This document shows, piece after piece, positions 1 to 10,496 of a DNA stretch of 64,000 nt (positions within the stretch are counted from its first letter, which is position 1; every line of letters begins with the position of its first letter). Origin of the DNA: Candidatus Spongiisociaceae bacterium (lineage in GTDB: Bacteria; Actinomycetota; Acidimicrobiia; Spongiisociales; Spongiisociaceae); NCBI GenBank assembly GCA_965219685.1, contig CBDCOH010000002.1, positions 96,001 through 160,000 on the forward strand. Direction: 5' to 3'. The translations under genes and the position numbers were made by a program. The notes under the pieces are model-generated. The model saw only the letters and a list, made by a program, of their open reading frames with translations. It did not search any database and was not told the origin of the DNA.

Positions 1-263
1 TGCTCATCCTGGAGTCCTTCCCGCCGCTGGTGTCGGTGGCGATCGAAGGAGACCATCCCACACCCTGCCACGAGACCCTCACGGAGGTCACCGAGGACGG
101 AAGCGACTACACAGTCATGGTCTGGAGCGTGGCCCCGGAGCCCGGCACCGTATGCGCCCAGGTGCTCGAGCCGTTCGAGGAGGTAGTACCGATCGGGAAC
201 GGGTTCGAGCCCGGTGACTACACCGTGACGGTCAACGGGGACACCCATCCGTTCTCCATCTGA
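1..263 (+). CDS. 3' end of a probable secreted protein or lipoprotein (5' truncated by the window edge)
   Basis: Open from the window start (LILESFPP...PTPC...CAQVLEPFEEVVP...YTVTVNG); two Cys, beta-rich. Confidence 0.6.
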   Translation, partial: LILESFPPLVSVAIEGDHPTPCHETLTEVTEDGSDYTVMVWSVAPEPGTVCAQVLEPFEEVVPIGNGFEPGDYTVTVNGDTHPFSI

Positions 264-789
264 TCGCGCTCCGGTACGTCCCGCAAAAGGTCGTTGCGGG
301 CGGACGGCGCCGCACCTGTCTGGTACGCAGCAGCCGGACACCGGCCGACCCAGCGCCCTCCCGCTTGACCGACAAACCGAAATCGAGCAGCTCGTGGGCG
401 TCGCCCGCTGCAGAGTCGCCCACACGTTGAGCCCGGGACCGTATTTCCTGGTACATCCACTCCGGCAGCTCCCGTAACGCCGAGCGGGCGGTTCTACGCC
501 GACCCCGTTCCGACTTGGGGATCTGGTTCACCGACAACCCGTCGTGGCGTGGGTTCTCACACGCCCGGAGAACCCGGTCATCGTCCTCTACCGGCTCGGT
601 AGCGACCACCGTTGTGAACCGTTCCCAACCGTACGGTATCCGCGGGTTCGCTTCGCCTAGCTGGCCGGCCCGGTCGGTTACCTTCAACCCGGGCCAGCGA
701 ACCAACGCCAAATCCCGCCGTCCGTTGTCTTGCCCGACATCAATGTGCAAGACAATCTTGCCGATTCCCGGAATGTGTGTCTCCGCCAC
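232..789 (-). CDS. hypothetical protein, probably a remnant of a larger gene
   Basis: 185-aa ORF, protein-like in its N-terminal two thirds; overlaps the end of the convergent gene. Confidence 0.3.
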   Translation of the reverse strand: MAETHIPGIGKIVLHIDVGQDNGRRDLALVRWPGLKVTDRAGQLGEANPRIPYGWERFTTVVATEPVEDDDRVLRACENPRHDGLSVNQIPKSERGRRRTARSALRELPEWMYQEIRSRAQRVGDSAAGDAHELLDFGLSVKREGAGSAGVRLLRTRQVRRRPPATTFCGTYRSAIRWRTDGCPR

Positions 790-1134
790 GGGCGGCTTCG
801 CAGCTACCAGTACGTAACGGGCCGTCGTTTTCGCCGCTTGTCGCCCTGTTCCTGAAGCAGCTTGTATACGTCGCCGCCCGGACGGATCGTTTCCGACGAC
901 ACGACAGACGCCCGCCCGTCGCCGGAGTCCCCCTCCAACACGGTCCCCAACCGTCCCCTCCTGTCGGGTCCGTCCCGCATCGGCCAGACCCCACGCTCGA
1001 CCGTCCAGCAGGTGGTTACCGTCCGATTCTCAGTCAGCGAGAGGAAGAGACAGATTCCGGTTTCGGAGGAGACAGACCCGCCGGACCCCTACCATTACCC
1101 CTGGTCGGGGGTGGTCGCGAAGACCCCACAACCG

Positions 1135-1195
1135 GCCGACTCCGGAGTTGGCCCCGGTCACGATGTAGATGTTCGCGGTCAGATCCTTGGCACGG
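1135..1195 (-). pseudogene. N-terminal fragment of an SDR oxidoreductase
   Basis: Minus strand reads KDLTANIYIVTGANSGVG (TGxxxGxG Rossmann motif), then similarity is lost. Confidence 0.55.
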
Positions 1196-1456
1196 GTTGC
1201 TCCCTCGAGCGATAGCTCTCGTCGCGGCGTAGGTGGTCCTCCTGCTGTTGGTTCAAGTTCTGTAGCTGGCTTGTCAGCCGGGCACGAGGTCGGGGTTCTC
1301 TGTTGTCAGTGGTCAACGTGGCCGAGCCGGTGGCAGGTCGTGCCGATGCTGTGTGGCAGGAGCGCGGGCCGGCGCCTGTGGAAAGTGCACCCGATCTGCC
1401 TCCGGTGACGATGTCGCTTCAGCCGCTCACGTCGATTTCGCACATCGTTGGGTCGC

Positions 1457-2467
1457 TCAGATGCCGGGGTTGACGCCGGTCATGTCGATCGAGAGGTCCC
1501 ACAGCCGTTTGGCGAGAGCGGGGTCCTTGCTCTTGTCGGTTGAGTCGACCTGTTTGGCCGGCCCCGATGTTTCGCCGAACCGGCTGGGGCCGAAGTACTG
1601 GCCGCCCTCGGCTCCTGGGGCAGTAGCACCGAGCAGGGTTGACCATGCACCGGTCTCGGCCGAATTGGCGACGGGCCGGAGCAGTGGCATCAGCAGGCGC
1701 GCGAGTCGTCCGTAGAAGCCGGTGAGGTAGCGGGGGAGCTCGGTGTCGGCGCCACCGGGATGGACCGCGACGGCGATTGTCGAGGAGCCCTTGGCGCGCA
1801 GTCGACGGTCGAGTTCGTACGTGTGGAGCAGGTTGGCCAGTTTGCTCTGGTAGTAGCGCCGTTGCGGTGAATACGACTGGTCGGCGTCGATGTCGTCGAA
1901 GTGGATCTCGCCTCGGCGGTGCCCGACGCTGGAGACGACAACGATGCGCGAGTCCGGGGTCGCTTCCAGTTTCGGGAGCAACAGTCCGGTCAGGGCGAAG
2001 TGTCCCAGGTGGTTGACGCCGAACTGGGACTCGAACCCGTGCTTGGTGAGTGTCTTGGGGTTCATCATGATGCCGGCGTTGTTGATGAGCACATCGAGTC
2101 TCGGTTCTTGGGCTACTACTTTTGCAGCCCGGCTGACGGCGGCCAGGTCGGCGAGATCCAGGTCGACGGGTACTGTGTCGGCGCTTGGGTGGGCGTCGGC
2201 GATCCGGGCCACGGCATCCTTGCCCCTTGTGGGGTTCCGGCAGCCGAGGAGGACCCGACCCTCCCTTGCCGGCGATGACTTGGCGGCTTCGAAGCCGATG
2301 CCAGTGTTGGCGCCGGTGATGAAGAATGAGGTTGACCCGCTGCCAGTCAACGTTGTGGTCCGGGAGGCAGCGAGCCGACTGTGTAGCGCGGGGTGCGAGT
2401 CCTCCCACGAAGACGACCCGCTCGTGCCAAGGGCCGAGATCGCCGATCGGCTACCTGGTCTCTTCAT
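1457..2467 (-). CDS. SDR family oxidoreductase (retinol dehydrogenase/WWOX-like); start uncertain, local compensating frameshifts
   Basis: TGANTGIG, LINNAG, NHLGHF, YxxSK motifs. The segment SSPAREG reads VIAGKGG in another frame. Confidence 0.85.
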   Translation of the reverse strand: MKRPGSRSAISALGTSGSSSWEDSHPALHSRLAASRTTTLTGSGSTSFFITGANTGIGFEAAKSSPAREGRVLLGCRNPTRGKDAVARIADAHPSADTVPVDLDLADLAAVSRAAKVVAQEPRLDVLINNAGIMMNPKTLTKHGFESQFGVNHLGHFALTGLLLPKLEATPDSRIVVVSSVGHRRGEIHFDDIDADQSYSPQRRYYQSKLANLLHTYELDRRLRAKGSSTIAVAVHPGGADTELPRYLTGFYGRLARLLMPLLRPVANSAETGAWSTLLGATAPGAEGGQYFGPSRFGETSGPAKQVDSTDKSKDPALAKRLWDLSIDMTGVNPGI

Positions 2468-2675
2468 CCGTTTTGTGTGGCCAGCATCTTCCGTTCCCTC
2501 TTGAGCATGGGCCCCGGTGGGGGTTTGCCGTGCTCGCCTCTGTGGCTTCGTCGACGTTTGCGGTTCTCCTCGTATCCAGCGGCACTGTTCGGGTCTTGGT
2601 CTGCTTCGCCGTTCTGCCCTTTCGGGAGCGGGATCGACCCGGTTCTTTGCCTGGGAGGTCTGCGCAGGTGGGGAG

Positions 2676-3530
2676 CTAGCTCATGTCTGCGCCGTTGATG
2701 AATTGTGTGACAGCGGCTACAGCTTCGTTATGTAGGCGTGCCTTTCCCTCGGTGTCGTCGGGATCGGCTTGGAAGTTGGCGTAGAAGCGTGGTCCGTCGC
2801 GGTTCGTATTGTTGAAGCAGCGGCTGAGCAGTCGGAGTGCTTCGATCACCTGCGGTTCTTCCCTGACCGGGCTTGTGGCAGCGACCCGTCCGGCTGTGTG
2901 GGGTCCTCCGTTGGGGTAGTTCATCAGCGTGTAGATGAGGTCGTAGGCGTCTTTTTCATGGTGGCGATCTTGGAACGCGAGCGTCTTGAGCACGACATAG
3001 CTGAGTATCCCGGCGACTCGGAGACGGACTCTTGACAGGCCACCGTCCTCGAGACGTTCCGCCTCGAGTTCGTATTCGGAGTAGTCTCGAGCGACGAGTT
3101 GCGCGCCGATTACGTTGAACGCCCCGAATCCGGAGCCGGTGTCCTGCCGGGTGCGGTGGATCGTCCCGGCCCCGACCTGGTCGGTCTCACACAAGAACTC
3201 CACATATACGGGCGCTCCGTCAACGTTGCGGACCCACCGGTAGCTGGGTTGCGTCAACTCGAATCCTGACCTTCTCAGGTTTGTCCCGAGCTTCATGTAG
3301 GACTCGAAGTCCTCACCAACGGCTAGTTGGACGACGAGATCCACATCGGTCGTACCGACGTGAGGGCTCGCTCCGGGAGGCAGCGAGCCGACTATGTAGC
3401 GGGGGGCGAGTCCCCCCACGAGCACCAACCGCTCCCGCCATGGGCCGATGTTGCCGATCAGGGTTACCAGCGCTCTCTCGCATCGAAATGTGGCCGACTC
3501 GCTGTACTGATCATGGTGGTCCAGTCTCAT
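2676..3530 (-). CDS. nucleotidyltransferase-fold protein, AbiEii-like type IV toxin
   Basis: LVGGLA...HVGTTDVDL (GG + DxD) and K..AFQDRHHEKDAYD; start overlaps the stop of the upstream gene. Confidence 0.75.
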   Translation of the reverse strand: MRLDHHDQYSESATFRCERALVTLIGNIGPWRERLVLVGGLAPRYIVGSLPPGASPHVGTTDVDLVVQLAVGEDFESYMKLGTNLRRSGFELTQPSYRWVRNVDGAPVYVEFLCETDQVGAGTIHRTRQDTGSGFGAFNVIGAQLVARDYSEYELEAERLEDGGLSRVRLRVAGILSYVVLKTLAFQDRHHEKDAYDLIYTLMNYPNGGPHTAGRVAATSPVREEPQVIEALRLLSRCFNNTNRDGPRFYANFQADPDDTEGKARLHNEAVAAVTQFINGADMS

Positions 3531-4615
3531 CAGAACCCGATGACCTCACGACGTAGGTGGTCGCTCTGCTCGCGACCTCGGCGCGGATCGCGCCGCGTGT
3601 CCAAGTAGAGGCGGAACATGTTGACCGTCCAGAGACCTTCTATCTGGGTCCGGAACGCCAGCGGCCCATCGTCACGTTCCTGCAGGAAAACCACGTTCGG
3701 CCCTGAGTCCACCGGTGCCACCCCGAGCCGGGCACATACGACGCTCGGGTCGGCCGTGCTCTCCAGCCAGACATCGGCGACCGCAACGCTCGTAACGAAC
3801 GGAGCCAGCCGCGCCGCGGCGGCAGCGCCGGTGAGGGCGTAATCGACCCCAGCCGCCTCTAGGCCCTCGCACAGGCTTCCGATCAACTGATCGGTCGTCT
3901 GAGCCAGCATGAACACCCGTTGTCGGGTCGGGCGATCGATCTGCTCCTCAACCCAGAGGTCCAACAACGCTGCCGGGTTCGACAACCGGCGGGTCTTGGC
4001 AGGTCCGGCACCATGTACTTCGACGACACCCTCATCCTCAAGGCGTAGCAGCACCCTGTGCACTAGCCCGGCCGACACGGCGCACCGTTGTTTCAGGTCG
4101 CCAACCTGCCAGGACCTATCAACGTCACACAGCATGGCTTGGGCAACAAGACCGGACTTGCCTGACAGGCGCACCGGGACAGCCGCCCGGCGGACCGGCT
4201 TCCTGGAGGCGATCCGCACTAGCAGGCCAGGCAACTCCAACCGAACATTGCCCGACCCGTCGACCAGTCCGACACCGGCTTCTGTCAGGATCTCACGCGC
4301 TCTTGCGGTCGACTCGCCAGCAACCACCACGACCGGCATCGTCCGGCCGCGCGCCTGATGGGCGATCAGGTGAGCCGCGGCGCTGCTAAGCCGTGTCTTG
4401 ACCTCGACCGCGACCGGGACCTCGGTGTCGGCATAACGAACTGTGGCGTCCGTCCGGCAATCCTCTCGTTGGGCTACCGTCACCTCCAGTTCGGGAATCG
4501 ATCGCAATACGCGAATAGCCTCGGCTTCTAATCCCAGACCGTAATTCACTGTAATACGATTATTCATCGCATAGGTGAAACTAGCAGATTCTGTGAATAT
4601 ACCCAACTGTGACAC
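3530..4615 (-). CDS. AbiEi-like antitoxin/transcriptional regulator (AbiEi_2-like)
   Basis: N-terminal VEVK motif, wHTH (VSAGLVHRVLLRLEDEG), LLDLW, YALTGAAAA, LYLDTRRDPRRGREQS. Confidence 0.75.
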   Translation of the reverse strand: MSQLGIFTESASFTYAMNNRITVNYGLGLEAEAIRVLRSIPELEVTVAQREDCRTDATVRYADTEVPVAVEVKTRLSSAAAHLIAHQARGRTMPVVVVAGESTARAREILTEAGVGLVDGSGNVRLELPGLLVRIASRKPVRRAAVPVRLSGKSGLVAQAMLCDVDRSWQVGDLKQRCAVSAGLVHRVLLRLEDEGVVEVHGAGPAKTRRLSNPAALLDLWVEEQIDRPTRQRVFMLAQTTDQLIGSLCEGLEAAGVDYALTGAAAAARLAPFVTSVAVADVWLESTADPSVVCARLGVAPVDSGPNVVFLQERDDGPLAFRTQIEGLWTVNMFRLYLDTRRDPRRGREQSDHLRREVIGF

Positions 4616-4774
4616 GGGACAACGGAGTATTTGGACGAGATATTGCGGCTTTAGGAGTTCCTAGGGGTGTTAGTTGCCCTGGGTGGTGGGGTTGGTGAAG
4701 TCGTGCTTGCCGACCGCCGCCAGAGGTAGCGGACGGATTGACGCAGCTACCCCATACGTCGAGACCGCTGCTTC

Positions 4775-5275
4775 GGTGTCTTCACGTCGCTCGCTGGTTC
4801 ACTGAAGGCTCACCCTGGTACGGCGGGAACGCAACGGCGCCCACCAGACAGCGTCCCCCAATATACGAACCCGAACTGTTCCGAGCCCGGTTCACCCTCC
4901 TGCGGCGGGCGGTCCATCTCAGCGAAGGGCACCAGAAGCCTCTGGATCGGCTGTTCGACGCTCATCCCCGGCTCCGCATTGCTTGGGACGCGCTCCAGGA
5001 GTTCTACCAGATGTACGAGGCCGACGACCTGGAGCAGGCCCAGGCCCTCGGACGGTTCGCCGACCTCTACGCGACAGGCCAGACACGAATACCGAGAAGT
5101 GGTGGACACGATCATCGCGTGGGGGAGAAGAAATCCTGGCCTACCACCGCAGCAGACGAGCAACCAACGGACCCATCGAGGGGATCAGCAATTTGCTCCA
5201 GGTCCTACGCAGAGTCGCTCACGGGTTTACCAACACCGACAACTTCGCAGCCCGAGGAGTTCTCGTAACACTCAT
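4775..5275 (+). pseudogene. ISL3 family transposase, frameshifted C-terminal fragment
   Basis: HVARWFTEG...RATNGPIEGISNLLQVLRRVAHGFTN; similar to 8528-9013 and 11158-11640. Confidence 0.85.
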
Positions 5276-5280
5276 ACTGT

Positions 5281-5408
5281 GAGGGCTCCTCGGTCCGGGG
5301 CGGGTCTGACTCTTCTCGTAACTGGCCTCTGTGCCTTTGTCATGATCTGTCCACCACTTCCCCGGTCCGGGAGTTCCCGGATCGGGGAAGTGGTGGACCC
5401 CCATTAGG
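5281..5408 (-). mobile_element. orphan IS110-type left-end remnant with long hairpin
   Basis: 5387-5408 reverse complement = cctaatgggggtccaccacttc, identical to 34166-34187 at the left junction of the intact IS110; hairpin ~5350-5397. Confidence 0.6.
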
Positions 5409-7744
5409 AGCGTCACCTCGAGGACCACGATCAGTTCCAAGCCGGCCTTACTCGGCGGTTTGCTCGGCGCCTCGTCCAGGATGCCAGGGTGATGTCGATT
5501 CGGGCGGCGTCCCGCCATCACGGGGTGGGATGGCATCGGATCATGCGCCTGGTGAGCGCCCACTCAGAGCAAGTGGCGAAGCGTCGCCGGGCCCGGCCCG
5601 TGCGGGTGTTGTTGGTGGACGAAACGTCGATCCGGCGCCGGCATCGTTATGTGACCGTGGTTGCTTGTGGCGACTCGGGCAAGGTCCTAGCCATGAGCGA
5701 GGATCGCACGAAAGGGTCTTTGAGCAGGTTCTTCCGTGATCAGGGACCGGGCTGGTGCCGGCAGGTGGAGATAGTCGTTTCTGACGGGTCCCGCTTATAT
5801 CAGGCGGCCATCGCCCAGTACTTGCCCGACGCCCGCCACGTCTTGGACGTTTTCATGTTGCGCGGGTGCGCCATGAGGCGCTTTGTTCACGAGTGAGGGT
5901 GCGAGACCCTTGCCGTGGGCTGTCACAGCAGTCCGCTGAAGCTGGGAGCAGTCCAGGTCTTGGGGGTGCAGGACCTTGGGCGGTAAGCAGCTCGGAGGAC
6001 GCCGGGACGGGTCGGCACCGTCAGACGGTCCGGGTCCGGCAAGCAAGACGAGAAGGTGTAACAACAGTAGTGAACCAGTGTCAGAACCTCCTTAAGCGTG
6101 GAACCGGCTCGAATCTGGCGGATGTGGGCCGGGCAGCAGTGCACGTCGTCTACTACTGGCGTGGACGGCGACTCCGTAACCGGCTGCGTGCGCCGGTGGG
6201 GAGGCTTTCCGGGAAGGTCTGTGGCGTACCGGAGAGCGAGGCTGCAGGAGAAAAGCTGGGCGTCTCCCTTGTCGAGCGGAACAAAGTGAACATGGGAACC
6301 GACCCGGGGTTGTCCCTCCCGCTGCGCTGCCAGTGCGGCGGAGGGCAGGTCCACCGCCGACCGATGGCGTCGGGTCGGGACGGAGCCTCCGTAGTAGGTG
6401 CGAGGTCGGGAAAGCCGGCCACACGGGGGAAGGGAGGCAGCGGGTCAGCAGCGGCGGGATTGGAATGCCAGGAGGCCGCCGGTGAATACCGGCGTTCTGT
6501 GGCCGACGTCTGAGGAGGCGTCGGTGCGGGTACTGGAGATCCAAACTAAGCTGCATCGTTGGGCATCTGACGATCCGGGTCGCCGTTTCGGTGATCTTTA
6601 CAACCTGGTGCACGATCCGGCCACTGTCGGGGTGGCGTGGGATCGTGTCCGCAGGAACCGAGGTGCCCGCACCGGTGGAGTGGACGGCCAGACCGCCCGC
6701 TCCATCGAGGCACGACACACCGTGACGGGCTTTTTGGAACAGCTTCGAGCCGATCTCAAGGCCCGAACGTTTCAACCGTTGCCCGTGCGGGAGCGGACCA
6801 TCCCGAAACGGAGCGGCAAGCTACGCCGCCTGGGGATACCGACCGTTCGGGACCGTGTCGTGCAAGCGGCAATGAAGGTGGTGTCAGAACCCTGTCTTTG
6901 GGGCGGACTTCCAGCCGTGTTCGTATGGGTTCCGACCCAACCGCCGGGCACAGGACGCCATCGCCGACATTTCACCACCACTGGTGCACCAGCTCTTATG
7001 AGTGGGTGCTGGAAGCGGACATCAAGGCATGTTCCCGACCAGACGGCGACCACACCGCTCTCATAGAGCGGATTCGGGGTCGGGTCTCGGACAAGAAGGT
7101 CTTGAGCCTGGTTAAGACGTTCCTCAAAGCCGGTATCCTCGGAGAGGACGGCGTTGATCGGGACACCTGGGCGGGAACCACTCAAGGCGGGATACTCTCA
7201 CCGCTGCTCGCCAACATCGCCCTCTCCGTCCTCGATGATCATTTCATCGACGTGTGGGCTGGGTTTGGTAAGAACGCCCAGGCTCGAAGCTATCGACGGT
7301 CCAAGGGTTTCGCCACCTACCGGCTGGTCCGCTACGCGGACCACTTCGTCGTGTTGGTGCTCGGCACCCGTGACGACGCCGAAGAGCGACGGGCGGAGGT
7401 CGCAGCGGTGTTGTCGGAGATCGGGCTGCGTCTGAACGACGACAAGACGAGAGTCGTTCACATCGACGACGGTTTCGACTTCCTTGGGTTCCGTATCAAA
7501 CGGGACCACAAACGAGGAAGCGGGAAGGCCTATATCTATACCTACCCCTCCAAGGAGTCGGTCGCCTCGATCAACAGGAGAAGAAAAGGCCATCGGTCGC
7601 CAGACCACCAGCCAAAGCCCCAAGACACCTACTACGGCAACTCAACCCGGTACTGAGTAGAGGCTGGACCAGCTACTTCCGGCACGGGGTGTCCCCAGAC
7701 CACCCTGCGGATACCTCCGTCACTACACATGGCGGAGAGTCATC

Positions 7745-8222
7745 GGGAAGCTCAACTTTGTCGCACCCAGGGCTTTTGGGCCGGAAGATTGGGGAAGGAA
7801 GGGAGAAGGAATTGTGAGTTTGGATGAGCCGGAGGGCCAGTATCGGGAGCGGGCTACCTTGTTTGAGCACCCGGAGGATGGCCTGTTGTTGAAGGTGGGT
7901 GGCAGGTTGAGGTTGACCCGCTTTGGTGGACACTCAGTCCACGAAAGCGGGTCAACCTCAATCACCACAGAATCTGTCGTCCAACTACAAGGGATCGCTG
8001 CTCGACTAGTCCAAGGGCAAGAGGCCATCCTTGGCAAGCTCTCCGAGCTAGGCGGCGACGTGGCAGCACTCCAACTAGACGCCGCCAAACTCCAAGCCGA
8101 ACTCACCGACCTTCGGGGATGGCTCGAAACTCGCTTCGACGGTGTGGACAAGGCGGTTAACGCCTTCCAGCAGCATCAGCACTAGCCCCTAACCCCCTGG
8201 GTGCGCTAGGTACGTAGCCTCC
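7745..8222. mobile_element. 478-bp non-autonomous element (MITE-like) with 8-bp target duplication
   Basis: gagtcatc at 7737-7744 and 8223-8230; imperfect terminal inverted repeats sharing cgcacccaggg; maturase text WRRVI|TWLRHKH rejoins across it. Confidence 0.8.
7814..8185 (+). CDS. passenger ORF of the MITE; C-terminal coiled-coil hypothetical protein
   Basis: 123 aa, purine-rich RBS (gagaagga), heptad pattern LGKLSELGGDVAALQLDAAKLQAELTDL; fills the element. Confidence 0.55.
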   Translation: MSLDEPEGQYRERATLFEHPEDGLLLKVGGRLRLTRFGGHSVHESGSTSITTESVVQLQGIAARLVQGQEAILGKLSELGGDVAALQLDAAKLQAELTDLRGWLETRFDGVDKAVNAFQQHQH

Positions 8223-9064
8223 GAGTCATCACCTGGCTACGGCACAAACACCCCCGAAGCAACTGGAAACAACTGAATCGCCGATACCTCGACACCGGAT
8301 GGTGGCCATCCGACGGGAACGTGGCGCTGTTCAACCCGGCCGATCGTCAACACACCCGATACCGCTACCACAGAACACGAATCCCCACCCCCTGGACCCA
8401 CCAACCGTCAACACCAACCGACCCGCGGAGAGCCGGATGCGGTGAAAGCCGCGCGTCCGGTTCGGAGGCGCGGACCGGGGAAACCGACCGATAGAAACAT
8501 CGGCACGGCGCCCCGGTCCGACCCTACTGGTTCACCGAAGGCTTGACCCTGGTACGCCGTGAACTGCAACGCCGCCCCCCAGAGCAGCGGCCCCCAACAT
8601 ACGAACCGGACCTGTTCCGAGCCCGGTTCACTCTCCTCCGGCGGGCGGATCATCTCACAGACGGGCATCAGAAGCATCTGGATCGCCTGTTCGAAGCTCA
8701 TCCACGGCTCCGCACCGCTTGGGAAGCGCTCCAGGAGCTCTACCAGCTGTACGAAGCCGACGACCTCGACGGCGCCAACCGGGCCCTCGGACGGTTCGCC
8801 GACCTCTACGCCACAGGCCAGATCCCCGAATACCACGACATCGTGGACACCATCATCGCATGGGGAGAAGAAATCCTCGCCTACCACACCAGTCGACGAG
8901 CAACCAACGGACCCATCGAAGGCATCAACAACCTGCTCCAAGTCCTACGCCGAGTCGCTCACGGCTTCACAAACAGCAACAACTACGCAGCCCGAGGAAT
9001 CCTCGTAACATGACCCCCACACCGACCACCAGAACAGCCCAATCCCACGTTTTCGCGAAGCCTC

Positions 9065-9200
9065 AAGAGGTTGTAGATCACCTGCACGGTGTCCACCAGT
9101 CCCGATTCCAACAGGGCAGCACCGAATCGGGCTCGTGATCGTTGGTGGACACCCCGAAGAAGCGGATCTTGCCCTCCTTCTTTAGCGCCGACACCGCGTA
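9065..9200 (-). pseudogene. aldo/keto reductase fragment cut by the ISL3 end
   Basis: ALKKEGKIRFFGVS...LLESGLVDTVQVIYNLL over two frames. Confidence 0.7.
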
Positions 9201-9662
9201 GAGTACGACGATGGCCGTTCCTGGGAAACATCCGACCGTTTCGACCAGGCGTACAGCATCACCGAAGTCGCCCAACTCGTATGGGACCTATACGACGCGC
9301 TGGAGCAGGTTCCGGGACAAGCCACCGACCAGGAAGCCACAGACACGATATCGGCCTGGATCAGCGCAACAGATTGGAAGACAGGTGTGAACGACTGGGA
9401 CCGGTTGCAGGTAGCCTGGTTCGGTGGTTACGCTCTCTGCGACCAGCACGCTAGCCTGCTCGAAGCATGGTCCGACGCAGACGCGCCACCACTGGACCTC
9501 GGGTAGCACAGGCGTAGACCATCCGAACCTTGGAAGTTAAACAACCAAGTATACTGAGAGCGTTCGGGGAACACAATCTACTATCGTGGCCCTACTTCGA
9601 TTGTTGTGGAACCGGAACTGGACGAACCCGACTACTAGACGGAAAGGCGAAAGGCATTTGCC

Positions 9663-10496
9663 ATGACCCGCCAACTCCGAATCGGACATGCCATCATAAA
9701 GTTGATTTCCCCTCCTGGAACTTTGGACTTCTACGATACACCGACCAAAGCTCTTAGTGCGTCTTGGATACCAGGAACCGACAACCTCTGGTATGGCCGT
9801 CGATGGCGGATCGGTCGCAGAACCGAAATAGATGAGGGGGTATGGGGTGGAAAGGTTGGGTTTACAAAAGAAGATGTGACCGACTATTGGGATTCAAAGA
9901 ATAATGACTTCCAAGATATACCCGTTGAGGTTGGTGCTGCGGTACCTTTTGTGATCGATATCCAACGACAGCTACTAACCTTCCAATACGCCACCAGTCG
10001 CAAAATACCTAGAGACGCAGTTACTGCTCACCTAAACGTGTTGCTCAATAAGGCCAGTGCGCACGTTTGGGAGATAAAGCCCCTCCCTTCCGAGTTAACT
10101 TACGAAGTGTGGAGGAAATCTGTTGATCGAATAACCAGATTCAAAGCCACCCTCAATCGTCCGAACCCCCGTTACCCAGGACCTTACATTAGGCAAGGGA
10201 TCGAAGACCTCGAAGCGGACGTTATGACGATAGAAGTTAAAAGTAAACGAATCAACGAACGGTCAACAATCATGAAAGAATGCACGGATCATCAAAAGGC
10301 CGGGTATGGCAGCACGGAACACACCGGCCCAAACAGAGCAACGGGAAAACCCTCCACCTACAGAAGCAATGCTGGTGATAGAACCGATATGATACAATCT
10401 AACCAAAGCGAAGCTACCTTTGATGAATTACGGGAGGTTCAGAGAGGGATAGAGATCGGAGCAGAGAACACAGATGACGACAAGGAAAAGTTATAG
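9663..10496 (+). CDS. hypothetical soluble protein, possibly DUF4747-like
   Basis: Intact 277-aa ORF in an AT-richer tract; PFVIDIQRQLLTFQ...RITRFKATLNRPNP...AGYG pattern. Confidence 0.7.
   Translation: MTRQLRIGHAIIKLISPPGTLDFYDTPTKALSASWIPGTDNLWYGRRWRIGRRTEIDEGVWGGKVGFTKEDVTDYWDSKNNDFQDIPVEVGAAVPFVIDIQRQLLTFQYATSRKIPRDAVTAHLNVLLNKASAHVWEIKPLPSELTYEVWRKSVDRITRFKATLNRPNPRYPGPYIRQGIEDLEADVMTIEVKSKRINERSTIMKECTDHQKAGYGSTEHTGPNRATGKPSTYRSNAGDRTDMIQSNQSEATFDELREVQRGIEIGAENTDDDKEKL

Larger units (their letters stand above)
6482..8420 (+). pseudogene. ltrA: intron-encoded reverse transcriptase/maturase, frameshifted and interrupted
   Basis: QTKLHRWA, GVDG, LGIPTVRDRVVQAA, WVLEADIKAC, GTTQGGILSPLLANIAL, RYADH, FDFLGF and maturase RGWTSYFRH across several frames; no endonuclease domain seen. 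Confidence 0.9.
5866..8527 (+). ncRNA. group II intron
   Basis: 5' GTGCG at 5866; domain V gagccggatgcggtgaaagccgcgcgtccggttc ~8430-8463; domain VI and terminal ...cgaccctAC at 8527; removal rejoins cat gtt gcg cgg|tgg ttc acc gaa (HVAR|WFTE). Confidence 0.93.
5408..9064 (+). mobile_element. ISL3 element, 5' truncated and interrupted by a group II intron
   Basis: Transposase halves 5408-5865 (LLVDETS, IVVSDG, FHVAR) and 8528-9013 (WFTEG...RGILVT); right end cccacgttttcgcgaagcctc 9044-9064. Confidence 0.9.

Noticed and set aside
6482-8420. Retron, DGR or defence-associated RT
   Set aside because: Group II intron ends, domains V/VI and maturase motifs explain it fully
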